Part shown: positions 1-9,770 of the stretch, piece after piece | How positions within the stretch are numbered: the first letter of the stretch is position 1 | Layout of the letters: the number at the start of each line of letters is the position of its first letter | Assembly (NCBI GenBank): GCA_963665235.2 | Contig: CAXXLX010000002.1 | Span: 288,001-352,000 of the forward strand | DNA length: 64,000 nucleotides | From: Candidatus Poribacteria bacterium | Lineage (GTDB): Bacteria > Poribacteria > WGA-4E > WGA-3G | Direction: 5' to 3' | Made by a program: the position numbers and the translations under genes | Notes under the pieces: model-generated | What the model saw: only the letters and a program-made list of their open reading frames with translations | Told to the model about the DNA's origin: nothing | Databases searched by the model: none

Positions 1-778
1 GCAGGGTGTGGATGTCCTCGTTGTGATTCCCAAGGATAGTGTGGCTTCATCTCAAATTGTGAAAGCAGCACATGCGGAGGGGATTAAGGTTATCGCTTAT
101 GACCGGTTAATTCGCGAGAGCGCACCTGATCTTTACATCTCTTTTGATAACGAACAGGTTGGGTATTTGCAGGCGGAATATCTTCTTCGGCAGAAACCGA
201 AGGGCAATTATTTTCTGCTTGGCGGCGCGCCGACCGATAATAACGCCCAACTTTTACGTCAGGGGCAACTTCGTGCGTTGCAACCGGCTATTGATAAGGG
301 GGATATTCGATTGGTGGCAGATGGTAAACATTGGGCGGTCAATTGGGCACCACGGGATGCGCTTCAAAAGACGGAGCAGGTCTTGACACGGACAAATAAT
401 CAGGTAGATGCTGTTGTTGCGTCTAATGATGGGACAGCAGGTGGGGTTATTCAGGCACTTGAGGAACAAAACCTCGCTGGAACGGTTATAGTCTCTGGGC
501 AGGATGCGGAGCTTGCTGCATGTCAACGGATTGTCAAAGGCACGCAAACGGTGACGGTTTACAAGCCGATTCGTCTTATTGCAACGAAGGCGGCGCAAGC
601 AGCTGTTGCCCTTGCAAAGGGTGAACCCGTTGGAGATGCGATTCAGAAGGTTAACAATGGCAAAATTGATGTACCGTCCGTTCTTCTCACGCCTATTCAG
701 GTAGATAAGGATAATCTTGATGATGTCGTTATTAAGGATGGGTTTCATACTCGTGAGGCGGTCTACCAAACGGAGTAG
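1..778 (+). CDS. xylF: D-xylose/sugar ABC transporter periplasmic substrate-binding protein (5' truncated by window)
   Basis: Motifs VIAYDRLI, ISFDNEQVG, GGAPTDNNA, VASNDGTAGG, SGQDAE, TVYKPI typical of XylF. Confidence 0.85.
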   Translation, partial: QGVDVLVVIPKDSVASSQIVKAAHAEGIKVIAYDRLIRESAPDLYISFDNEQVGYLQAEYLLRQKPKGNYFLLGGAPTDNNAQLLRQGQLRALQPAIDKGDIRLVADGKHWAVNWAPRDALQKTEQVLTRTNNQVDAVVASNDGTAGGVIQALEEQNLAGTVIVSGQDAELAACQRIVKGTQTVTVYKPIRLIATKAAQAAVALAKGEPVGDAIQKVNNGKIDVPSVLLTPIQVDKDNLDDVVIKDGFHTREAVYQTE

Positions 779-822
779 AGTGTTCAGGGTGTGTAAGGGT
801 AGACGAATAGGGGTGGACCAAA

Positions 823-1107
823 ATGTCAGTATCACAAATCATTTGTGAAATAGATGAGGTGATTAGAGATACGCATATACCGCGAGGAAATAGGATTAAA
901 AATCTACAAAACCTTGCAATGGCATGCTGGCAAGAAGTTGTTCCAGAATACGAAAATCCAGAAATCTTTAGCAAACTTGCAACGGATGAAATACAGAGAC
1001 GTTGGGCAAGTGTCCGTAATGAAGTTGAGAAATATGAGACAAAATCCCAGATTTTGTATGTGCTCGACTGGCCGGCTTCCAGTGGTGATTTCTATTGGGT
1101 GAAGTGA
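823..1107 (+). CDS. hypothetical protein (94 aa)
   Basis: ATG ORF with purine-rich upstream (GGGGTGGA); no recognisable motif. Confidence 0.5.
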   Translation: MSVSQIICEIDEVIRDTHIPRGNRIKNLQNLAMACWQEVVPEYENPEIFSKLATDEIQRRWASVRNEVEKYETKSQILYVLDWPASSGDFYWVK

Positions 1108-1337
1108 ACCCTTAGCGGAATAGCCCCAAACGTCAGAAAAGCGTTGTAGGTGCCCGAATGTCTTATAGTGAAACCAAAAATATTGCGGCACTTTTTGGCA
1201 CGACGGGCAATGAATTGCCCTACTACGAACGGCACAACGGGCAATGAATGGTTCCCCTACTAGAGGAGCGGGCTTGTTTGCCCGAATACTGAGTTTATGT
1301 TCTAAATTTGCGTAAGTCCTGATGGTGTAACTTGGGT

Positions 1338-1475
1338 CAGGACTTACGCAGCGCATTGATAGGTCCTTATGATAATGATATTTAAGAGGGGATAGCGGGC
1401 GAGGGGACCTCGCCTTAGAGGAGCGGGCTTGTTGCCCGAATACTGAGTTTATGTTCTAAATTTGCGTAAGTCCTG
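1338..1475. mobile_element. MITE with CAGGACTTACGCA terminal inverted repeats
   Basis: caggacttacgca...tgcgtaagtcctg flanked by TTGGGT direct repeat (1332-1337, 1476-1481); an extra right end at ~1260-1321. Confidence 0.85.
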
Positions 1476-1494
1476 TTGGGTTATAGTATCCTGT

Positions 1495-2937
1495 TTAGAG
1501 CGACATTAAAAACGCAATAAGCGCGTCGCGTTCTGTTTTTGACATCTGTAAGGTTGCTTGGCGTGATGCTTCCGCTTCGCCGCCGTGCCAGAGAATTGCT
1601 TCCATCAGGTTGCGTGCTCTGCCATCGTGAAGGAAGTTGGTATGCCCATTTACTGTTTCCACTAAGCCGATACCCCACAAGGGGGGTGTCCGCCATTCTG
1701 TACCGGTTGCATGAAAATCGGGACGGTTATCTGCTAAACCGGGCCCCATGTCGTGCAACAATAGGTCTGTATATGGATGAATTGTCTGATTGCTGACTGA
1801 GGGTACACCGATTAGAACCCCGGTTCTTAATGTCGGAATATGACAGGTTGCACATTGTGCTTGTGCAAAAAGCTGTTCGCCGTGGTTGACCTGTGGGTCG
1901 TTATGCCTTCGGCGCGCAGGCACGGCTAACGTTTGCACATAGAACGTTACGACGTCTAAAATATCGTCGCTGACTTCCGGTGTTGTGCTATGTTGAGTGT
2001 GCTGCGGTTGTCCCGCAGAATTTTCAGTGAGGAAGAGCGAAGTGGTTATCCCCATATCATCATGATAGGCGGAGGCAACCTGCTGTAGTAGCGTGGGCTG
2101 GTTCGCTTTCCATCCGAACCGGCCAAGGACATACTGTTTTCTGACCACATCCCACACAAAATTGGGTTTCCCCGAAATACCATCGCCGTTCACATCCATT
2201 TCATCGGCATAAGCGAGGATGGTTTTTTCAGGAATTGCCTCTAATAAGCCGAGCCCAAAGACAACGGGTGCCACACGTGGCGATACCTCCACATTCTTTG
2301 GCAGCGGTTGATATGTTTCGGTGAGGGTGTAGTTTGGATAACGCAGGTGTACACGGGTGCCATCCGATGCTGTCAAGGTCTGCTCGGTATAGTCAATTTT
2401 GACTGTTCCCTCTGGACTTTTTCCGTAGATAGCCCGGTTATTCAGTTGTGTGCCGAAGCCCGGGACTGGGGTTGGCGGTTGTGCGGTTTGCCCTCCGTTA
2501 GGCTGCTGCGATTCGGTATCAGCCCCTTCTTCCGCAGTCGGTTTGGGTAGGCTGAGTCTGAAGAGGAGCGATGTGAGTTTCTCGTTAGGGCCCGGTGGCC
2601 GTCCTCGACCATCGCGGGTGTGACAGTTGATACACGAAATATTGTTGTAGATGGGCCCGAGACCGGGATTGACTACGGCGGGGGCAGTGACAAAAACGGC
2701 TTCAAATTCTACATCCCCCTCGAGATGCTTTTCAAGTGCTGCCGCGGATAGATTGGGGGCGGGGGTTGAGAACGCATGGCTTGACGCATCAAATACAGTG
2801 GTCTCGCCGCCAGAAAGGGCACTCGTGGAAGATATGGGCATCGATTCTCCGTCTACTGGTGACTTCGAATCACATGCGATTAGGAGAATGGATACGAGAA
2901 ACGTTAGCAGATAAGGTAAACTACGAAAATGTTTCAT
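1495..2937 (-). CDS. di-haem oxidoreductase family (DHOR/thiol oxidoreductase) lipoprotein
   Basis: Two CxxCH (CINCH, CATCH), GLGLLEAI, GRFGWKA, YTDLLLHDMG, WRTPPLWG, FLHDGRAR; lipobox LIAC. Confidence 0.9.
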   Translation of the reverse strand: MKHFRSLPYLLTFLVSILLIACDSKSPVDGESMPISSTSALSGGETTVFDASSHAFSTPAPNLSAAALEKHLEGDVEFEAVFVTAPAVVNPGLGPIYNNISCINCHTRDGRGRPPGPNEKLTSLLFRLSLPKPTAEEGADTESQQPNGGQTAQPPTPVPGFGTQLNNRAIYGKSPEGTVKIDYTEQTLTASDGTRVHLRYPNYTLTETYQPLPKNVEVSPRVAPVVFGLGLLEAIPEKTILAYADEMDVNGDGISGKPNFVWDVVRKQYVLGRFGWKANQPTLLQQVASAYHDDMGITTSLFLTENSAGQPQHTQHSTTPEVSDDILDVVTFYVQTLAVPARRRHNDPQVNHGEQLFAQAQCATCHIPTLRTGVLIGVPSVSNQTIHPYTDLLLHDMGPGLADNRPDFHATGTEWRTPPLWGIGLVETVNGHTNFLHDGRARNLMEAILWHGGEAEASRQATLQMSKTERDALIAFLMSL

Positions 2938-2940
2938 TGT

Positions 2941-3050
2941 TATTGGCTCACTGGCTATTGGCTATTGGCTATTGGCTATTGGCAAGAGGTTTGTGATTCT
3001 AAGAACATATCTGAAGCGCGTCAGAGACCTCTTTCTCTTGCTAAAGGTTT
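2941..3050. repeat. heptamer tandem repeat (GGCTATT)n plus conserved core GCAAGAGGTTTGTGATTCT...GCGCGTCA
   Basis: Same core/heptamers recur near 9260-9330, 9420-9620, 15280-15390 and 58920-59060. Confidence 0.75.
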
Positions 3051-3275
3051 CGGCTTATGTAAAAAATATAGTGAAATCTATGCAGGAAACGCACGGGCTG
3101 GGGGACCCTGCCCCTACGAACAACGGACACACACGGACTGGGAAACCTAGGGGAAACACCCCAGCAAAAACACCCCTACGAACAACGCATTGTTTAAGAT
3201 GGGGAACAGCCTTACGACTGTTCCCGACGAAACGAAATAGTCTGTACATACTTACAAAGCATGCTGACCTTATTC

Positions 3276-4406
3276 TTAATTAAATTCGCTCTTTTCAACG
3301 AGCGGGAGTATATCTTGCCGAATCGTTTGCTGGACCTTGAGCACAGCGTCAATCGCTGCTTGGACAGATGGCCGGCCGGTGGTAATTGCATCACGGAACG
3401 GGTTTGGAATAGCACCGATGGCATCAATTGCTGCCTGAACTTCTGTTTGGAAACGGGTGTCCAATTCAGCGTCTTTACTGCTGACAAATTCGTTGAGGCC
3501 TACGCCATCTTGGACGAATTTGCCCATGTAAACGTTCTGAATTCCGCGGATGTTGTCTTGGAAGTCAGCGATGGAGTTAAAGCTGAATTGGGATTCAACG
3601 AGTGTGGTGTCCTTTTCTTTGTAAGGGTCGGCGATTTTGCCGGTGCCAACTTCATCGGCGATAACGTCCATGCCGTTGATTATTTCTTGTACCCCGGCAC
3701 TCTGTGATGTATAGACAGAATTTCCTTCCTTCCCAGCTGTAGCGACAGTGTTGCTGAAATTTTCACCCGTTGGTGCCCACGCGAGTTTCAACTGTTCGGT
3801 ACTCGCCTTGAGGTTTTCTGTTGCGGAAACGAGGTATTCCAATTCTCGTTCGGTTATGTCTGATGCTTTGCGCTGATTTCCCTCACGGAACAGCAGAAAT
3901 TCGATGGTATGGAATCCTTTTTTTTCATCGTCCAATCTACCGACATAATCCACGGTTAAGTCATCCTTTCCATCTAAAATAGCTTGTAGGTCGACCTGAT
4001 TGACGGGCCAGGTGTCTAAAGCGGGGTCTAGGCCTTGTGTGTCAACGGGCCCGAATAGAAAGGCTTCGCTCTTTTCCCACGGTGTTCGTGTTGCCTTCCA
4101 AGCTTGTTGTGCTTTCTCAAGGTTTGCCTGGGTTGGAGCGGTTTCCAACGTCTTGACAGCAGCTAACAGTGCGCCCGCTTTGCTATCCAAATCGGTGTAG
4201 GTTGCTAAGACGACAGTATTTGCGAAATCGCTGAGCATCGGGCTTGCGTCGAAAGCTTCACCCGTTGCGGGTTCATCTGTGTCATCGTTGTTATCGCATC
4301 CCACAATAAGGGACAATGTGAGTAGCGCACAGCATAAGCCGATTGTAAGTGTTGAAAACCCATGAGCTGGATTTCTGAAAAGTGTCCAAATATTAGAGTC
4401 CTTCAT
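3276..4406 (-). CDS. imelysin-family (IrpA-like) iron-uptake lipoprotein
   Basis: WEKSEAFLFGP, GFHTIEFLL (GxHxxE), ESQFSFNS; lipobox IVGC. Confidence 0.9.
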   Translation of the reverse strand: MKDSNIWTLFRNPAHGFSTLTIGLCCALLTLSLIVGCDNNDDTDEPATGEAFDASPMLSDFANTVVLATYTDLDSKAGALLAAVKTLETAPTQANLEKAQQAWKATRTPWEKSEAFLFGPVDTQGLDPALDTWPVNQVDLQAILDGKDDLTVDYVGRLDDEKKGFHTIEFLLFREGNQRKASDITERELEYLVSATENLKASTEQLKLAWAPTGENFSNTVATAGKEGNSVYTSQSAGVQEIINGMDVIADEVGTGKIADPYKEKDTTLVESQFSFNSIADFQDNIRGIQNVYMGKFVQDGVGLNEFVSSKDAELDTRFQTEVQAAIDAIGAIPNPFRDAITTGRPSVQAAIDAVLKVQQTIRQDILPLVEKSEFN

Positions 4407-4441
4407 AAAAACCTCCGTTTTTTACCGATAACTAATAATCA

Positions 4442-5665
4442 TTAATATTGAAATCCGATGCCAAGTGCAAAGGTATTTTCTCGATTTTTTTCAGCTGCAG
4501 CTAACCGCCGCAGTGCGTAATGACTTTTGAAAACTAGCTGTGGGTGGATGTGGTAGTTAATCCCAAAGGTCCACACACTTCTTTCCCACCGGGGATTGTC
4601 AGAGACAGGCGCTTCAACGCTTGCCATGGTGTCGTAAAAATCGTAACGTGCGAACACATCTAATCTATCGGCAGACGCGTTTTGTCCGAATGATAGAACG
4701 TCGTACCCTGCCTCAAGATACCAGCCGAGGGCAGAACTGCCCACCGGTGTCCGCTTCACATTGAGATTATTGGAAAGGGACCGGTTGATTTTAGACAACT
4801 GTGCGGCGTTTTCAAGCGTCCCGTAGAGGAACATCCCTCGGACTTTCACAGCAGTCACCTCGTAAAACCCGTGAAGGCTCACAATGCCAACGTGTGCATC
4901 AAAATCGGCATCCGGTTTGGGACGGTTCGCTGCTGCATCGCCGTAATAGCCTGAGAGCCCGACGGTTGCGTTCTCATGAAACACATAATCGAGTCGGCCG
5001 ACGAATGCTGGGGCTTCAGCGTTGACTGTCTCAAATCGGAGTTGATGCCCGGGAACTATCCAGTGCCGTGAGCTAAAGCCGGTAGAGTCCAATCCGTTGA
5101 CAATTTGCGCTTGATAGTTTAAAGCACCGACCGCGCCGAAAATTTCAACCCCTGTCTCATGCCAGATGGTCGGAATGAGATGTGTCTCTGCTTCAGGACG
5201 GGTTGTGGTAAAGTAGTGGTGCGGTCGATGTCGTTTCGCAACAAGTCCGACGGGAACAATAATATGTCCGATGCGAAGATTGAATGCCGATTGAATTGAG
5301 AAAACGACGGCAAGTTTTTCGACGATAACTTCGCCGCCTTTTTCTACCTCTAACTCAAATTCACCGAACTCTTCAAATTTGTCAAATTCCATTGTGCTAC
5401 CGGTACCACCGTGCTCAAATTCCAATTCTGCCTCAAGCCGGATGGTGTCGTTGATACGGTATTTCGGTGCGACGACGAGACGTTCCACGTCAATTGCGGA
5501 GGGCCTTTTCGGTTCAAAGTCCCAATCGAAATTGGCGTAGTGGATTACACCGTATCCGGAGACCGAGAATGGGTTTGACTCCGCAATAGCAGTGTTGCAA
5601 TTAGGAATCGCTCCTACCAAGATAAACATTCCCCAAACGATGAGGAAAAGCGGTATTTCTTTCAT
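4442..5665 (-). CDS. outer-membrane porin of iron-uptake operon
   Basis: ELEFEHGG, LIPTIWHETG, beta-strand pattern, terminal GIGFQY; start reassigned to MKEIP because the upstream ATG lies within a Fur box. Confidence 0.8.
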   Translation of the reverse strand: MKEIPLFLIVWGMFILVGAIPNCNTAIAESNPFSVSGYGVIHYANFDWDFEPKRPSAIDVERLVVAPKYRINDTIRLEAELEFEHGGTGSTMEFDKFEEFGEFELEVEKGGEVIVEKLAVVFSIQSAFNLRIGHIIVPVGLVAKRHRPHHYFTTTRPEAETHLIPTIWHETGVEIFGAVGALNYQAQIVNGLDSTGFSSRHWIVPGHQLRFETVNAEAPAFVGRLDYVFHENATVGLSGYYGDAAANRPKPDADFDAHVGIVSLHGFYEVTAVKVRGMFLYGTLENAAQLSKINRSLSNNLNVKRTPVGSSALGWYLEAGYDVLSFGQNASADRLDVFARYDFYDTMASVEAPVSDNPRWERSVWTFGINYHIHPQLVFKSHYALRRLAAAEKNRENTFALGIGFQY

Positions 5666-5680
5666 AAATCTCTCTTTTTT

Positions 5681-5699
5681 GATATTGAGATTCATTATC
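5681..5699. promoter_or_regulatory. Fur box
   Basis: GATATTGAGATTCATTATC, 16/19 match to GATAATGATAATCATTATC. Confidence 0.8.
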
Positions 5700-5762
5700 A
5701 TATAAAGATATGTGTAAGAATGGGATTTTGACCTTTTGTCAAATGTCCCATGTTCGAAAAAA

Positions 5763-5781
5763 GATAACGAATCTCATTATC
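5763..5781. promoter_or_regulatory. Fur box
   Basis: GATAACGAATCTCATTATC, 15/19 match to consensus. Confidence 0.75.
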
Positions 5782-5801
5782 TTTAAAATCCTATTCCCTT
5801 A

Positions 5802-5830
5802 ATTATACACGCGATTTTTATGAATGTCAA
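5802..5830 (-). promoter_or_regulatory. sigma70 promoter of iron operon
   Basis: TTGACA-17 nt-TATAAT on minus strand. Confidence 0.85.
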
Positions 5831-5899
5831 GAAAAAATCAAGAAAATTTTGAAAAAAATCCAAATTTCCTAAAAAATCTGCACAAAATCGCATTTTTTT

Positions 5900-6345
5900 A
5901 AACTTTGGACAATTTTACGGGTGTAACGTTCTTGTCAAAGGGATAGGCGGAAGGGTGGAAGGGTGGAAGATTGGAAGGATGGAAGGGGGGATTTGGCGTT
6001 TGTGTTGTCAGAATCGCGGATTAGCGCGGAGGACACGGAGAACGCGGAAAAAGAGGGTTGTTGCTAACATCTACGCATTTTTTGAATGGAAACTGATTGT
6101 CTACACATATCGCCCCGCTGGGGCTAGGTTGTGTTTTGTTTGGGTTTTCTATAAACATATCGCCCCGCTGGGGCTGCGCTGCGTTTGTGTTGTCAGAATC
6201 GCGGAAGGCGCGGAAGACGCGGAGAACGCGGAAAGAAGAGGTTTTTTGGTAACATCTCCGCATTTGTGAAGGGAATGTGAGAAAGGGTGCGAAAAATCAG
6301 AGATGCTTTGCAAATCGGGCCTCAGGCTCACAGATAGTGTCCAAA
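5900..6345. repeat. composite intergenic repeat (GGAAGG 8-mers, CGCGGA 9-mers, TCTATAAACATATCGCCCC unit)
   Basis: Same modules recur at ~49030-49250, ~55590-55790 and partially at 9370, 13440 and 28070. Confidence 0.7.
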
Positions 6346-7350
6346 CTATAGTAGCTCTTCATGATAGGCGAACAAGGCGGGAGTGCCGCCGGTGTGGAGA
6401 AAGATAACTGTCTCATCACGGCGGAATCGGCCCTGTTGGATATGCTCAATTAAACCAGCCATCGCCTTAGCTGTGTAAACAGGGTCGAGGAAGATGCCTT
6501 CCGTGTTTGCAACTAACTTGAGGGCGGCTATGCATTCTGGGGTAAGGTATCCGTAGGCTTTTCCGATGTAATCATCTGTGTTCTGTATATCCTCATCGGT
6601 GATAGGGGTGTCAAGTTCTAGGAGGGTTGCGGCGGAATTGGCGGCGGTGCGTATCCGTTCAATTTTACCGGGCCAGTGAATAGGTGCGAAGCCGAAAGGT
6701 TTCAACTTCATGTCGAGTGCCTTGGTGCCGAGGACCAAACCTGCCTGTGTGCCGCCGACAGATGCGGTGTAAATCCAATCTGCATCAATTCCGATATGTG
6801 CCTGCTGTTCATGAATTTCGGCGATGCACCAGACGAAGGCGACCGCGGCAAGGGCAGTTGAACGGGGAGAGGCAACAACATAAGGTTTCAACCCGTCTGC
6901 TTTCAGTTTATTGGCAAGTTCGTATTTGATAGCGTCTAGTTCTGGCCCGAACGGGACATCGACAACTTCTACATCCGCGCCTGTTAAGTGGTCTAGCAAC
7001 AGATTGCCTTGGTGGATGCTTTTGTGGTCTTCGGCGAGTCGGAGGTAGCAGTTTAGTCCGAGTTTGCCGCAAGCGGCGGCGGCTTGTCTGCAATGATTAG
7101 ATTGTGAGGCGGCCCCGTGCACAATTGTATCCGCCCCTTGGCTAACGGCTTCGCCGATAGTGAAGGTTAGCTGTCGGACCTTGTTTCCGCCGAATCCGAG
7201 TCCGGAGCAATCTTCGCGTTTGATGAAGATGCGGGGGCCGCCGAGTGCGTCAGAGAGGCGTGGGCATTCCTCAAGCGGTGTGGGGAAATGCCCGATATCT
7301 ACGATTGGCATTTGTGCAATCTTCTGAATGAGATGGTCTGGTGTTATCAC
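6346..7350 (-). CDS. D-cysteine desulfhydrase / ACC deaminase family PLP enzyme
   Basis: IKREDCSGLGFGGNKVRQL, QSNHCR, LDPVYTAKA, FLHTGG. Confidence 0.9.
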   Translation of the reverse strand: MITPDHLIQKIAQMPIVDIGHFPTPLEECPRLSDALGGPRIFIKREDCSGLGFGGNKVRQLTFTIGEAVSQGADTIVHGAASQSNHCRQAAAACGKLGLNCYLRLAEDHKSIHQGNLLLDHLTGADVEVVDVPFGPELDAIKYELANKLKADGLKPYVVASPRSTALAAVAFVWCIAEIHEQQAHIGIDADWIYTASVGGTQAGLVLGTKALDMKLKPFGFAPIHWPGKIERIRTAANSAATLLELDTPITDEDIQNTDDYIGKAYGYLTPECIAALKLVANTEGIFLDPVYTAKAMAGLIEHIQQGRFRRDETVIFLHTGGTPALFAYHEELL

Positions 7351-7353
7351 AAG

Positions 7354-8832
7354 CTACTCCGCTAGTGTAACGAGGGCGGTCCGGATAATCCGTTTTCCAT
7401 CTTTGGATTGCAGTCCGGGTGAAATGACTTCAACGATTGTGTCGGTTTCAAAGTGGCTATCGTGTTTATCCTTAGCTTGGTGATGCTCGGGCGAGAACTT
7501 TGTTTTTCCTGGTTCGATTGGCATGAGTTCATAATCGATGAGTCCGAGGAACCAATTCAATCGCTCTTGCTCTGCGCTTGACAGGTTATGCTTGACGACA
7601 TTTTCGTAGAGTTTTTCCTGAACAAATTTGACCAAGAACTTTTTGAAAGGCAGGACATCAACTTTTTCGGCATGTTCCTGTTCAAGGCCTGCCAATTTTT
7701 CCGAAAAACGTTGGAGGTAACGTTCACAGTCCTTCTGGATTGCCATCAACTCCTGTTCAGTTTTCGCGTCCTTGTTGGGACAGAGTGTAGGGGGTGGTGC
7801 GTTAACCCCGCGGGTCTGTCTGAGGACTGCTTGTAGTTTTTTCTCAAGGGTTTCAAGGGTTTCAGATAGTGGGTTGCTATTTTCGTCTTTTGGCTTAATA
7901 GCCTTCTTCCAATCAGTCAATTCATTGACCATAAGATTCAGGAGGAGCACTGCGGTCTGCTTTTCGTTAAGCATTTCAGGTTCCCAGCTGTTGAGAGGAA
8001 GTCCGCGTCCCTTGTTGTAGCTATTCTCGAGTTTCGCCAGTTTTGCCTGAAACTCTTCCTGTATGCGTCGGTTTTGTTGAAAATAATAGGTCTTATTGCG
8101 TTTTGACCCGGTGAATACGTGCCAGGCACCACGCATTTTGCCAAAAAGTCCTTTGTCCTCTTTAAAGGCTTCAGCACGGGGCGGTATGAAAGTGATTTGC
8201 TGCATCTGCTCTGTGCCGCTTTTCGGGAGGGTTGGTACCTTGATTTCAAATTTCGGTGTCATATCCAACGCTGGTTCGCTGCTTTCAGATTTGGGCTGTT
8301 CAATCGGTTTCGCTACAGGTTGGGTGTGTGTATCCGGTAGTTGTCCATTCTGTTTTATCTGCGAAACTTCCGGTACGGTGTCCTGCGCTTCTGTTTGAAC
8401 CGCTGCCGTTGCGTTTTGTTCAGGCTGCAGCGTTGAGTCGCTTCGGTTTACTATCGCTTGTTGCGCGTTCGGTGCCGTTTCTGGCACAATTGTAGAGGTA
8501 TCAGGTTCACTCGCCTGTGGCGATTCTTCCCGAATTCTCTCTAAGTCCTCTAATATTTTCTCAGTATAGGTCGAAATCGGTTGATGGTCATCGACGTAAA
8601 ATGTCAACCGGTGGGACTGCATGACTTCGGCAGGCACGACCTTAGACTGTTCTTCACCAGCTAGTTGAAAGGCTGTCCAGTTGACACGCCCACTCAACGG
8701 TTGCCGTTGGTACATGACCCGCAGCCGTCTTTCTTCAACCGCCTGGTTTGCAACGGTCATAATGATTTTGGGCCCGTTGTAGGTGAAACTCACCTTAATA
8801 TCTCGGAAACTCCCAGTTACACTGCTCATCAC
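7354..8832 (-). CDS. hypothetical protein with low-complexity linker and C-terminal GrpE-like domain
   Basis: C-terminus IEPGKTKFSPEHHQA...TIVEVISPGL...IIRTALV resembles the GrpE beta head. Confidence 0.65.
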   Translation of the reverse strand: MMSSVTGSFRDIKVSFTYNGPKIIMTVANQAVEERRLRVMYQRQPLSGRVNWTAFQLAGEEQSKVVPAEVMQSHRLTFYVDDHQPISTYTEKILEDLERIREESPQASEPDTSTIVPETAPNAQQAIVNRSDSTLQPEQNATAAVQTEAQDTVPEVSQIKQNGQLPDTHTQPVAKPIEQPKSESSEPALDMTPKFEIKVPTLPKSGTEQMQQITFIPPRAEAFKEDKGLFGKMRGAWHVFTGSKRNKTYYFQQNRRIQEEFQAKLAKLENSYNKGRGLPLNSWEPEMLNEKQTAVLLLNLMVNELTDWKKAIKPKDENSNPLSETLETLEKKLQAVLRQTRGVNAPPPTLCPNKDAKTEQELMAIQKDCERYLQRFSEKLAGLEQEHAEKVDVLPFKKFLVKFVQEKLYENVVKHNLSSAEQERLNWFLGLIDYELMPIEPGKTKFSPEHHQAKDKHDSHFETDTIVEVISPGLQSKDGKRIIRTALVTLAE

Positions 8833-9135
8833 TAACCTTTCCGCTCCTTTCAGATTGGCTGAAAAAACAGAGATTTTTCATAATTCTTCGGCTATTCCTA
8901 TCAACCCGCCTGCAATAACGGCCGCAGGCGGTGCAGAAGTCGCCACGATTCAAAATTGTTGAAAGGGGCCCGAACGGGATAACTAACCTACCCAGTTACG
9001 AACCTACCCGTGTTCGTTGCGTAAAATAAGATAAATTCATTCGGGCTTCCCTTTCATGCGTGCCTTTAAGGCGCGCACTTGAAATTACACGCACCTATCC
9101 TATTTATAGACGATATGTATGGTACGTGCTATCCT

Positions 9136-9240
9136 TATTCTCTACATTTAACGTCTCATAATAATTTGGGTTACAGATACGCGTGCTTTAAGGCGCACTA
9201 TTCTCTACATTTAACGTCTCATAATAATTTGGGTTACAGA
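9136..9240. repeat. 42-bp direct repeat x2
   Basis: tattctctacatttaacgtctcataataatttgggttacaga at 9136-9177 and 9199-9240. Confidence 0.9.
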
Positions 9241-9673
9241 AAAAATTGATGTTTCCTTATTGACTATTGGCAAGAGGTTGTGATTCTAAGCAGGTTTTTG
9301 ACGCGCGTTAGAGATTTCTGGTTGCTAACAGCCGTGTGTGTAAAGTTTTTGTATGTATGTTCCATCTTATTTGTCTGAATCGCGGATTATCATGGATTTA
9401 TCGGATTTCGCGGATTTTAAATTGGCAATTGGCAATTAGCGATTGGCAATTAGCAAGGGGTTTGTGATTCTCAGAACATATCTGAAGCGCGTCAGGGTGC
9501 TCCACGACGGGCGATGAGTTGCCCTACTACTCATTAGCAATTAGCAATTAGCAATTAGCAATTGGCAAGAGATGAAATAAAAATCCTCTGACGCGCGTCA
9601 AGAGATATTACTCTTGCCAACGGCTTCCAACTGCCAGCGATGCGGTTCGTTGAGGACATAAGTAAGAAATAGG

Positions 9674-9770
9674 GTTTCTTCCCCGTCATCTTTGGATGAG
9701 CATGTTCCCAAATGGAATGGTCAAGCTTTTTCATCGTCCCGTTTCTTCCCCGTCATCTTTGGATGAGCAT
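9674..9770. repeat. 30-bp direct repeat x2 with 37-bp spacer, overlapping the stop codon of the LVIVD gene
   Basis: gtttcttccccgtcatctttggatgagcat at 9674-9703 and 9741-9770. Confidence 0.9.
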
